Shown here: positions 1-7,441 of the stretch, piece after piece | How the letters are laid out: each line of letters begins with the position of its first letter | Position numbering within the stretch: the stretch's first letter is position 1 | NCBI RefSeq assembly: GCF_000195955.2 | Contig: NC_000962.3 | Coordinates: 390,001-422,000, forward strand | From: Mycobacterium tuberculosis H37Rv | GTDB taxonomy: Bacteria > Actinomycetota > Actinomycetes > Mycobacteriales > Mycobacteriaceae | Length of the DNA: 32,000 nt | Direction of reading: 5' to 3' | The notes under the pieces: generated by a model | The model's database searches: none | What the model was told of the DNA's origin: nothing | What the model saw: only the letters and a program-made list of their open reading frames with translations | Position numbers and translations under genes: made by a program

Positions 1-591
1 GACCCGCGGATCGGACGCCAATGCCTCAACGCGGGCTTGGGTTTCGGCGGCGGCTGCTTGCCCAAGGACATCCGCGCTTTCATGGCCCGCGCCGGCGAAC
101 TGGGAGCCGACCAGGCGTTGACGTTCCTGCGTGAAGTGGACAGCATCAACATGCGCCGGCGCACCAAGATGGTGGAACTGGCCACCACCGCATGCGGTGG
201 CTCGTTGCTGGGCGCCAATATTGCGGTGCTCGGCGCGGCGTTCAAACCCGAATCCGATGACGTGCGCGATTCGCCCGCCCTCAATGTGGCGGGCCAGCTG
301 CAGCTCAACGGCGCCACGGTCCACGTGTACGATCCAAAGGCCTTGGACAACGCCCACCGACTGTTCCCTACCTTGAACTATGCGGTTTCGGTTGCGGAGG
401 CCTGCGAGCGCGCGGACGCCGTGTTGGTGCTTACCGAATGGCGGGAGTTCATCGATCTCGAACCCGCTGATCTAGCCAACCGGGTGCGGGCCCGGGTGAT
501 CGTGGACGGCCGCAACTGCCTCGACGTGACCCGCTGGCGGCGGGCAGGCTGGCGGGTGTTCCGGCTGGGAGTGCCGCGATTAGGGCACTGA
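1..591 (+). CDS. udgA: UDP-glucose 6-dehydrogenase, 3' portion (5' end upstream of window)
   Basis: Frame 1 is open from nt 1. The translation DPRIGRQCLNAGLGFGGGCLPKDIRAF carries the catalytic-Cys motif GFGG-C-LPKD of UDP-glucose/GDP-mannose dehydrogenases, followed by the C-terminal UDP-binding domain (AVLGAAFKPESDDVRDSPA). Stop TGA at 589-591. Consistent with Rv0322 as I remember it. Confidence 0.9.
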   Translation, partial: DPRIGRQCLNAGLGFGGGCLPKDIRAFMARAGELGADQALTFLREVDSINMRRRTKMVELATTACGGSLLGANIAVLGAAFKPESDDVRDSPALNVAGQLQLNGATVHVYDPKALDNAHRLFPTLNYAVSVAEACERADAVLVLTEWREFIDLEPADLANRVRARVIVDGRNCLDVTRWRRAGWRVFRLGVPRLGH

Positions 592-1251
592 CCGGCGCAG
601 CCAGCGCAAGTACTCTCGGTCACCGAGCAGTTCCAGACGACGCCACAGCACGGGGTTGTCGGCGGACTGGGTGAAATGGCAGCCGATAGCGGCTAGCTGT
701 CGGCTGCGGTCAACCTCGATCATGATGTCGAGGTGACCGTGACCGCGCCCCCCGAAGGAGGCGCTGAACTCGGCGTTGAGCCGATCGGCGATCGGTTGGG
801 GCAGTGCCCAGGCCAATACGGGGATACTGGGTGTCGAAGCCGCCGCGAGCGCAGCTTCGGTTGCGCGACGGTGGTCGGGGTGGCCTGTTACGCCGTTGTC
901 GTCGAACACGAGTAGCAGGTCTGCTCCGGCGAGGGCATCCACCACGCGTTGCGTCAGCTCGTTGAGCGGGATCTGCGCTAGACCGTTATCCGGGTATGCG
1001 AGTAGTTGCACATGATCGACACCCAGGACCTGTGCCGCAGCGGCGAGTTCCTCCCGGCGCACCTCACCGAGGTTTCGGTCGGTCCGGCCGAGTGTGGAGG
1101 CCTCGCCGTGGGTGAAGCACAATCCTCGCAGCCGCGTTCCCTGCGCCGTGAAATCACCCAATACCGCCCCGAGCCCGAAGGACTCGTCGTCCGGATGGGC
1201 GAACACAGCAAGCACTTCGTGTGCGCAGGGGAGACGGTTGCAGCTGTTCAT
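580..1251 (-). CDS. LmbE/PIG-L family N-acetylglucosaminyl deacetylase-like protein (Rv0323c-like, 223 aa)
   Basis: ORF 580..1512(-). I place the start at the internal ATG (1249-1251) giving MNSCNRLPCAHEVLAVFAHPDDESFGLG. AHPDDE is the LmbE/PIG-L signature. The upstream 87 codons are low-complexity and overlap the Rv0324 promoter and 5' end. Confidence 0.8.
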   Translation of the reverse strand: MNSCNRLPCAHEVLAVFAHPDDESFGLGAVLGDFTAQGTRLRGLCFTHGEASTLGRTDRNLGEVRREELAAAAQVLGVDHVQLLAYPDNGLAQIPLNELTQRVVDALAGADLLLVFDDNGVTGHPDHRRATEAALAAASTPSIPVLAWALPQPIADRLNAEFSASFGGRGHGHLDIMIEVDRSRQLAAIGCHFTQSADNPVLWRRLELLGDREYLRWLRRSVP

Positions 1252-1309
1252 CGATTCACCGTCCGGAGGATCCGTGCGCGCGGGTGGACAGCCGCCGCAT
1301 ATTATGTAG

Positions 1310-1336
1310 TTCCAATGAGCAATGGAATTATATTCC
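1310..1336. promoter_or_regulatory. Imperfect dyads over a -10-like box upstream of the ArsR-rhodanese gene (candidate auto-operator)
   Basis: TTCCAATGAGCAATGGAA (1310-1327, 7 of 9 pairs) overlaps GGAAT-tat-ATTCC (1324-1336). TATATT (1329-1334) is a -10-like hexamer 18 nt before the ATG at 1352. Confidence 0.45.
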
Positions 1337-1351
1337 CAAGGATGACTGGAA

Positions 1352-2032
1352 ATGGCTGGACAGTCCGATCGTAAGGCGGCGTTGTTGGACCAGGTAGCGC
1401 GCGTGGGCAAGGCGCTGGCCAATGGGCGGCGATTGCAAATCCTGGACTTGCTCGCCCAAGGTGAGCGCGCGGTAGAAGCGATCGCGACGGCGACCGGGAT
1501 GAACCTGACCACGGCATCGGCGAATCTGCAGGCGCTGAAGAGCGGCGGGCTGGTCGAGGCTCGCCGCGAGGGGACCCGGCAGTACTACCGGATTGCTGGG
1601 GAAGACGTGGCAAGGCTGTTCGCGCTGGTGCAAGTGGTTGCCGACGAGCATCTGGCCGACGTGGCGGTCGCGGCCGCAGACGTGCTCGGTTCGCCGGAGG
1701 ATGCGATCACCCGTGCGGAGCTGCTGCGGCGGCGCGAAGCCGGCGAGGTCACCCTGGTCGACGTGCGACCGCACGAGGAATACCAGGCCGGCCATATCCC
1801 GGGCGCCATCAATATCCCGATAGCCGAACTGGCCGACCGGCTCGCCGAACTAACTGGCGACCGCGACATTGTCGCCTACTGTCGTGGTGCCTACTGCGTC
1901 ATGGCCCCCGATGCCGTCCGCATCGCGCGCGACGCGGGGCGGGAGGTGAAACGCCTCGACGACGGAATGCTCGAATGGCGATTGGCCGGACTGCCGGTCG
2001 ACGAGGGTGCACCGGTCGGGCATGGGGATTGA
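1352..2032 (+). CDS. ArsR/SmtB-family HTH regulator fused to a rhodanese domain (Rv0324-like, 226 aa)
   Basis: N-terminus ALANGRRLQILDLLAQGERAVEAIATATGMNLTTASANLQALKSGGLVEARREGTRQYY is a winged-helix ArsR fold. The C-terminus has a rhodanese pattern (VTLVDVRPHEEYQAGHIPGAINIP ... IVAYCRGAYCVMA) with an active-site-loop Cys. Confidence 0.88.
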   Translation: MAGQSDRKAALLDQVARVGKALANGRRLQILDLLAQGERAVEAIATATGMNLTTASANLQALKSGGLVEARREGTRQYYRIAGEDVARLFALVQVVADEHLADVAVAAADVLGSPEDAITRAELLRRREAGEVTLVDVRPHEEYQAGHIPGAINIPIAELADRLAELTGDRDIVAYCRGAYCVMAPDAVRIARDAGREVKRLDDGMLEWRLAGLPVDEGAPVGHGD

Positions 2033-2038
2033 TCGCCC

Positions 2039-2263
2039 GTGGGGCCGAAGGGAAGTCTACGTTTGGTGAAGCGGCAGCCAGAACTGCTCGTTGCCCAGCA
2101 TGAACACTGGCAGGACACCTACCGAGCGCATCCGGTGCTGTACGGAACCCGCCCGTCAGAGCCGGGGGTATATGCCGCCGAGGTGTTCAATGCCGACGGC
2201 GTGCAGCGGGTGCTGGAGTTGGCGGCCGGTCATGGGCGTGACACCCTGTATTTCGCTGGCTAG
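2039..2263 (+). CDS. N-terminal fragment of a class I SAM-dependent methyltransferase (Rv0325-like, 74 aa), ended by in-frame TAG
   Basis: ORF ends ...VLELAAGHGRDTLYFAG-TAG. LELAAGHG is methyltransferase motif I (E/D-x-G-x-G). It is in the same frame as the next ORF. Confidence 0.6.
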   Translation: MGPKGSLRLVKRQPELLVAQHEHWQDTYRAHPVLYGTRPSEPGVYAAEVFNADGVQRVLELAAGHGRDTLYFAG

Positions 2264-2272
2264 GGCTTCACG

Positions 2273-2728
2273 GTGGTGGCCACCGATTTCAGCGACGTTG
2301 CCGTCGCGCAACTTCGCCGAAGTGCCCAAGCGCGCGGGGTCTCCGCGCGGGTGCAACCGATTGTGCACGATCTGCGCCAGCCTCTGCCCGTCAAAACCGG
2401 TTCCATTGACGGCGCCTTTGCACACATGGCGTTGTGTATGGCGTTGTCCACCAGCGAAATTCATGCAGTCGTTGCCGAGGTCGGCCGGGTGTTGAGGCCG
2501 GGTGGAAAGTTCATCTACACCGTTCGGCATACCGGCGATGCGCACTACGGCGCCGGGCAGGCCCACGGTGACGACATCTTCGAGTGCGCAGGGTTCGCAG
2601 TGCACTTCTTCCGCCGTGAGCTGGTAGCGCGCCTGGCTACCGGTTGGGTACTCGAGGAGGTACACGATTTCGAGGAAGGTGAGCTGCCCCGGCGGCTATG
2701 GCGGGTCACTGTCACCAAGCCCGCCTAG
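2273..2728 (+). CDS. C-terminal fragment of the same SAM-dependent methyltransferase (Rv0326-like, 151 aa)
   Basis: GTG 2273 lies in the same frame (2 mod 3) as 2039..2263. VVATDFSDVAV is the post-motif-I acidic strand. AFAHMAL...LRPGGKFIYTV supplies motifs II/III of the Rossmann-type MTase fold. Confidence 0.6.
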   Translation: MVATDFSDVAVAQLRRSAQARGVSARVQPIVHDLRQPLPVKTGSIDGAFAHMALCMALSTSEIHAVVAEVGRVLRPGGKFIYTVRHTGDAHYGAGQAHGDDIFECAGFAVHFFRRELVARLATGWVLEEVHDFEEGELPRRLWRVTVTKPA

Positions 2729-4045
2729 CCGGCGCTGTGGGATCAGCCGCAGGTGTGCACCGTGTTTGGGGACGGTGGTGATGTTGCGCACCAACGGAGT
2801 CTCGCCTTTGGACGGGCCGGCGGCGGTGATGGTGAAGCGGCGGAAAATCTCTTGCAGGATGACCGCTCCCTCGGTGAGGGCGAACCCGAAGCCGAGGCAT
2901 CGGCGCACACCGCCGCCGAATGGCAGCCAGGTGTTGGGTGCCACGCTGCCGTCAAGGAACCGGCTAGGACGAAACTCTGTGGGTTTGGGGTGCGATACCT
3001 CGCTGGCGTGGGCCAACAGGATCGACGTGTTGACCACCGTCCCCGCTGGCAGTCGCCAACCACCGATCTCTGCCGGCGCGGTGACCTTGCGAGCGGTAGA
3101 AGCGATGACGGTGTGTCGGCGCATTCCTTCCTTGAGGACGGCCTCCAAGAATCCGTCGTCACCGCCGACGGCAGCCCAGACTACTTGGCTTTGGATTTCC
3201 GGAGCATGGGCAAGTTCCCACAACGTCCAGGACAGGGCGGCGGCGGTTGTCTCATGACCGGCCAGCAGCAACGTGATGAGCTGGTCGCGAAGCTCGGCAT
3301 CGGTCAGCGGCTTAGTAGGCGTGTCCTTGGTTTGCAAAAGTCTGGATAGCACGTCGGTTCGGGCGGTGAGATCGGAATCGATACGGCGGGAGGCGATCTC
3401 GCGGTAGAGGATCTCGTCTATCTTGGTTTGGTTATGGAAGAAGCGCTTCCAGGGATTCATCCGCTTGAGCGACGGGTACGGAACGCCCGCGAGAATCGCG
3501 GGATGGATGTTTATGATCTGTTGCAGCCGACTAGTCAACTCGGCCTTGACTTTTGGGTCAGTGACCCCGAAAACGACCCGCAGGATGATGTCGAGGGTGA
3601 GCGCATTCATGTGGTCAAGACTGTTGATCGTTGCGTGGGGCCGCCAGCGCGTGATGTGTTCACGCGCAACGGAGGCGATCATGTCGCGGTATCCGCGCAG
3701 CGCGGCGCGGGTGAACGCGGGCATGAGCAGCGATCGCATCCGCGCGTGTTCGGCTTCGTCGGTCATCAATACCGAGTGCTCGCCCATGACAAAACCAAGG
3801 ATGTGGTTGCCTTCGCCCGCGTGCAGCGACCTCGGGTCGGCCGCGAAGATCTCTTTGATGTGTTCGGGGCGGGTATAGACCACGAGGTTGTCGGCATATG
3901 GGGGCACCCGCAAGGAGAACACGTCGCCGTACTTGCGATGCATCGCTGGCAGGAACCATTCCCGAAACCTCAGGTACAGCACGCTCTGCAGGTAGCGGGG
4001 TAGCCGCGGCCCGGGTGGCAGGCCCGTCGTCAACGTGCTTGCCAT
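2696..4045 (-). CDS. cyp135A1: Cytochrome P450 (449 aa)
   Basis: ORF 2696..4129(-). Start taken at ATG 4043-4045 (MASTLTTGLPPGPRLP). Heme-thiolate loop FGGGVRRCLGFGFA, I-helix LLLAGHETTA and the ExxR region are all present. Confidence 0.92.
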   Translation of the reverse strand: MASTLTTGLPPGPRLPRYLQSVLYLRFREWFLPAMHRKYGDVFSLRVPPYADNLVVYTRPEHIKEIFAADPRSLHAGEGNHILGFVMGEHSVLMTDEAEHARMRSLLMPAFTRAALRGYRDMIASVAREHITRWRPHATINSLDHMNALTLDIILRVVFGVTDPKVKAELTSRLQQIINIHPAILAGVPYPSLKRMNPWKRFFHNQTKIDEILYREIASRRIDSDLTARTDVLSRLLQTKDTPTKPLTDAELRDQLITLLLAGHETTAAALSWTLWELAHAPEIQSQVVWAAVGGDDGFLEAVLKEGMRRHTVIASTARKVTAPAEIGGWRLPAGTVVNTSILLAHASEVSHPKPTEFRPSRFLDGSVAPNTWLPFGGGVRRCLGFGFALTEGAVILQEIFRRFTITAAGPSKGETPLVRNITTVPKHGAHLRLIPQRRLGGLGDSDPP

Positions 4046-4058
4046 GGCGGCTCCCTTC

Positions 4059-4095
4059 TGATAATCAAATGTTTGATGTAAACGAATGCTTATCA
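4059..4095. promoter_or_regulatory. Nested dyads in the cyp135A1 / TetR divergent spacer (candidate operator and promoters)
   Basis: TGATAATCA (4059-4067), ATCAAA-tg-TTTGAT (4064-4077), GTTT-gatgt-AAAC (4071-4083), and outer TGATAA...TTATCA arms (4059-4064 / 4090-4095). This is the only AT-rich patch in the 65-nt spacer. Confidence 0.5.
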
Positions 4096-4110
4096 CGATA
4101 GGATGCAGCT

Positions 4111-4713
4111 GTGCAACAGCAACGCACAAACCGCGACAAACTGCTCGACGGCGCTCTGGCTTGTTTACGAGAACGCGGCTACGGCAACACCAGCTCGCGC
4201 GACATCGCTCGTGCGGCAGGGGTGAACATCGCGTCGATCAACTACCACTTCGGTAGCAAGGACGCGCTGCTCGACGATGCGCTCGGCCGGTGCTTTTCGA
4301 CGTGGAACCAGCGTGTCCAGGAGGCATTCGATCACTCCCGCGCCGCCGGTCCGGCCGGGCAGATCCTGGCGGTACTCGAAGCCACCGTCGATTCGTTCGA
4401 GCAGATCCGCCCCGCCGTGTATGCGTGTGTGGAGTCATACGCTCCGGCGTTGCGCTCAGAGGCCTTGCGGGAGCGCCTGGCCGCCGGATATGCCGACGTT
4501 CGGCAGCATTCGGTCGATCTGGCTGGCGCTGCGCTTGCCGGTACCGACATAGCACCGCCGGAGAACCTGTCGACCATCGTCTCGGTGTTGATGGCGGTCA
4601 TCGATGGCCTCATGATCCAGTGGATCGCCGATCCGTCCGCCACCCCGCGATCGACCGAGGTAATCCGAGCGCTTGCCAGCATCGGCGCGGTCGTCACGTC
4701 GCAGTTGCGGTGA
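4111..4713 (+). CDS. TetR/AcrR-family transcriptional regulator (Rv0328-like, 200 aa)
   Basis: GTG start. N-terminal HTH LDGALACLRERGYGNTSSRDIARAAGVNIASINYHFGSKDALL. It is divergent from the P450 gene across an AT-rich dyad-containing spacer. Confidence 0.88.
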   Translation: MQQQRTNRDKLLDGALACLRERGYGNTSSRDIARAAGVNIASINYHFGSKDALLDDALGRCFSTWNQRVQEAFDHSRAAGPAGQILAVLEATVDSFEQIRPAVYACVESYAPALRSEALRERLAAGYADVRQHSVDLAGAALAGTDIAPPENLSTIVSVLMAVIDGLMIQWIADPSATPRSTEVIRALASIGAVVTSQLR

Positions 4714-5320
4714 ACCACACGGTCGCCGGATGGTCTGCACTGCGCTTGATGCCGACGTCGATGAAGCCGGCAGCGCCAAGCCACGCGGCGGTGTCGAGGG
4801 TGGGGGGCACGCGATAGATCGCGGGATCGAAACGGGCCGCCAGTGGTTGGTCATCGGATATCGATGTAAGGACGAGTCGACCCCCGGGCCGCAGGGCTCG
4901 AGCGATGTCGCAAAGGCTGGCGCGGGGATCGGGCCAGAAGTAAAAGTTGTGCACGCCGAGCACCTTGTCAAGGCTGTGGTCGGCAACCGGCAGGGTTACT
5001 CCATCGCCGTGATAAAGCGAGATCAGGCCGGCTGCAATGGCTTTCGCGTTGTGATGGGCCGCGATTGCGATCATGGTCGTCGACACCTCGACGCCGCTCA
5101 CTTGCGCGCCGGCGGCGGCGAGCAGCCCAAGGGTTCGGCCGGGGCCAAAGCCGATCTCGCAAACCCGCTCGCCCGGGCCGGGCGCGAGCAGCTCGACGGC
5201 GATGCGATTGACGTCGGCGGTCTCGGCTCGCCAGATCCGTCCCAGTAGGCGGCCGAACGCGCCTGTTGGCCGGGCAGCCTGACTGGATAGGTACCGTCGG
5301 GCCGGATGTGTGAGGCGCAT
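4694..5320 (-). CDS. Class I SAM-dependent methyltransferase (Rv0329c-like, 208 aa)
   Basis: Motif I VCEIGFGPGRT and post-I VSGVEVS, then LRPGGRLVLTS. The 3' end overlaps the TetR gene end by 20 nt (convergent). Confidence 0.85.
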   Translation of the reverse strand: MRLTHPARRYLSSQAARPTGAFGRLLGRIWRAETADVNRIAVELLAPGPGERVCEIGFGPGRTLGLLAAAGAQVSGVEVSTTMIAIAAHHNAKAIAAGLISLYHGDGVTLPVADHSLDKVLGVHNFYFWPDPRASLCDIARALRPGGRLVLTSISDDQPLAARFDPAIYRVPPTLDTAAWLGAAGFIDVGIKRSADHPATVWFTATAT

Positions 5321-5346
5321 GGGGACGACCTTTCGGTTGCAAGCGG

Positions 5347-6087
5347 TTAGTCCGAAGAAGCTGTGGTGGCCCGAACGACAAACTCGGCGAGGGTCGCAGC
5401 GATCGCATCGTCATCGATCACGCCAGGTTGCACGATCGACCAAGGCTCCGGTGACGGGTCGAAGTGAAGATGCACCGCCCACAACGCGCACAACTCGACG
5501 ATGGTCCGGGCCACCATCGGTGCCGGCCCGGGCAGGATCAGAAGGCCGGCGCGCTCGCGGTGCACTAGGTATGCCTGGACCGCATCGACTTGGGCGTTCC
5601 GGCCGGTGCCGAACCAAACCTCGGCGAGGTCGGGTAGCTCGGGGGCACAGCGGTCGACCAGTTTGAGCGCGATCCGGTGCCGGGCCAGGCGGCTGTAGAG
5701 GTCGGTGACGATACCGGCGAGTTCTGCTCGCGCGTCTCCAGTCGTCGCACCCGGCGGCAAAGTCGCTCGCAACGCGTGCGTGAGCCGCATGTCGGTGACC
5801 TCGCCAGCCAGTCGGGCCGACACCACAGCTGCGATCTCGCCCGCAACGGGAGCGGCCACCGGCAGTTCGGATGCCAGCGGAAGGGCTTCCTGAGCGTCGC
5901 CGTAGCGCACCGCCGCCGCGAACAGCGCAGCCTTGCCCTGGGCGTAGCCATACAGCGTGCCTTTGGCCAGGGCGAGTGCGTCGGCCACGTCCTGCACCTG
6001 GGTGCGCTGGTAACCGTGGGCGATGAACACCCGCGCCGACGCGGCGACAATCGCGGAAAACCGGTCCGCGGGAATGCTGCGGGCCAT
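5347..6087 (-). CDS. TetR-like transcriptional regulator (Rv0330c-like, 246 aa)
   Basis: N-terminus RFSAIVAASARVFIAHGYQRTQVQDVADALALAKGTLYGYAQGKAALF is a TetR-type HTH. It is divergent from the flavoprotein gene, with a perfect palindrome 16 nt upstream of its start. Confidence 0.8.
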   Translation of the reverse strand: MARSIPADRFSAIVAASARVFIAHGYQRTQVQDVADALALAKGTLYGYAQGKAALFAAAVRYGDAQEALPLASELPVAAPVAGEIAAVVSARLAGEVTDMRLTHALRATLPPGATTGDARAELAGIVTDLYSRLARHRIALKLVDRCAPELPDLAEVWFGTGRNAQVDAVQAYLVHRERAGLLILPGPAPMVARTIVELCALWAVHLHFDPSPEPWSIVQPGVIDDDAIAATLAEFVVRATTASSD

Positions 6088-6102
6088 GGGCCGATAATAG
6101 TT

Positions 6103-6121
6103 TGACTGACTCGGTCAGTCA
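6103..6121. promoter_or_regulatory. Perfect palindrome, candidate TetR (Rv0330c) operator
   Basis: TGACTGAC-tcg-GTCAGTCA has 8-bp perfect arms. It lies 16 nt from the Rv0330c start codon and 80 nt upstream of the divergent flavoprotein gene. Confidence 0.55.
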
Positions 6122-6200
6122 CCCCAAGACCTTGCGCAAGACTGCGGCGGAATCTAATATTCCAAAGATATATGGAACTCGATGCGAAGGAATCAGGCTC

Positions 6201-7367
6201 ATGAGCAAGACGGTTCTCATCCTTGGCGCGGGTGTCGGCGGCCTGACCACCGCCGACACCCTCCGTCAACTGCTACCACCTGAGGATCGAATCATATTGG
6301 TGGACAGGAGCTTTGACGGGACGCTGGGCTTGTCGTTGCTATGGGTGTTGCGGGGCTGGCGGCGGCCTGACGACGTCCGCGTCCGCCCCACCGCGGCGTC
6401 GCTGCCCGGTGTGGAAATGGTTACTGCAACCGTCGCCCACATTGACATCGCGGCCCAGGTAGTGCACACCGACAACAGCGTCATCGGCTATGACGCGTTG
6501 GTGATCGCATTAGGTGCGGCGCTGAACACCGACGCCGTTCCCGGACTGTCGGACGCGCTCGACGCCGACGTCGCGGGCCAGTTCTACACCCTGGACGGCG
6601 CGGCTGAGCTGCGTGCGAAGGTCGAGGCGCTCGAGCATGGCCGGATCGCTGTGGCTATCGCCGGGGTGCCGTTCAAATGCCCAGCCGCACCGTTCGAAGC
6701 GGCGTTTCTGATCGCCGCCCAACTCGGTGACCGCTACGCCACCGGAACCGTACAGATCGACACGTTCACGCCTGACCCGCTGCCGATGCCCGTTGCAGGT
6801 CCCGAGGTCGGCGAGGCTTTGGTCTCGATGCTCAAGGATCACGGTGTCGGCTTCCATCCTCGCAAGGCCCTAGCTCGCGTCGATGAGGCCGCAAGGACGA
6901 TGCACTTCGGTGACGGCACGTCCGAACCGTTCGATCTGCTTGCCGTGGTCCCCCCGCACGTGCCCTCCGCCGCGGCGCGGTCAGCGGGTCTCAGCGAATC
7001 CGGGTGGATACCCGTGGACCCGCGCACCCTGTCCACTAGCGCCGACAACGTGTGGGCCATCGGCGATGCGACCGTGCTGACGCTGCCGAATGGCAAACCG
7101 CTGCCCAAGGCTGCCGTGTTCGCCGAAGCCCAGGCCGCAGTTGTCGCCCACGGCGTCGCCCGCCATCTCGGTTACGACGTAGCTGAGCGCCACTTCACCG
7201 GCACGGGCGCCTGCTACGTCGAGACCGGTGATCACCAGGCAGCCAAGGGCGACGGCGATTTCTTCGCTCCGTCGGCGCCCTCGGTGACGCTGTACCCGCC
7301 GTCGCGGGAGTTTCACGAGGAGAAGGTCGCACAAGAACTGGCCTGGCTGACCCGCTGGAAGACGTGA
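6201..7367 (+). CDS. FAD-dependent pyridine nucleotide-disulfide oxidoreductase, sulfide:quinone-reductase-like (Rv0331-like, 388 aa)
   Basis: ORF 6102..7367. Start taken at ATG 6201 (MSKTVLILGAGVGGLTTA, a GxGxxG Rossmann fold). A second dinucleotide region and a FKCPAAPFE motif are typical of SQR/FCSD-type flavoproteins. Confidence 0.85.
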   Translation: MSKTVLILGAGVGGLTTADTLRQLLPPEDRIILVDRSFDGTLGLSLLWVLRGWRRPDDVRVRPTAASLPGVEMVTATVAHIDIAAQVVHTDNSVIGYDALVIALGAALNTDAVPGLSDALDADVAGQFYTLDGAAELRAKVEALEHGRIAVAIAGVPFKCPAAPFEAAFLIAAQLGDRYATGTVQIDTFTPDPLPMPVAGPEVGEALVSMLKDHGVGFHPRKALARVDEAARTMHFGDGTSEPFDLLAVVPPHVPSAAARSAGLSESGWIPVDPRTLSTSADNVWAIGDATVLTLPNGKPLPKAAVFAEAQAAVVAHGVARHLGYDVAERHFTGTGACYVETGDHQAAKGDGDFFAPSAPSVTLYPPSREFHEEKVAQELAWLTRWKT

Positions 7368-7441
7368 CACGCCGGTGGGCGCGGCCCCCTACCACGGCTC
7401 CTACCGGCGCCCCTGAAACACCAGACTGTGGATAACCGCTG

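Noticed and set aside
1252-1512. N-terminal extensions of several maximal ORFs: Rv0323c to 1512, cyp135A1 to 4129, Rv0331 from 6102, Rv0333 from 8035, Rv0348 from 27993, dnaK from 29745 and ansP2 to 27016.
   Set aside because: In each case the conserved family N-terminus begins at an internal Met. The upstream part is low-complexity, overlaps a neighbouring gene or promoter, or lacks an SD. I used the internal starts.
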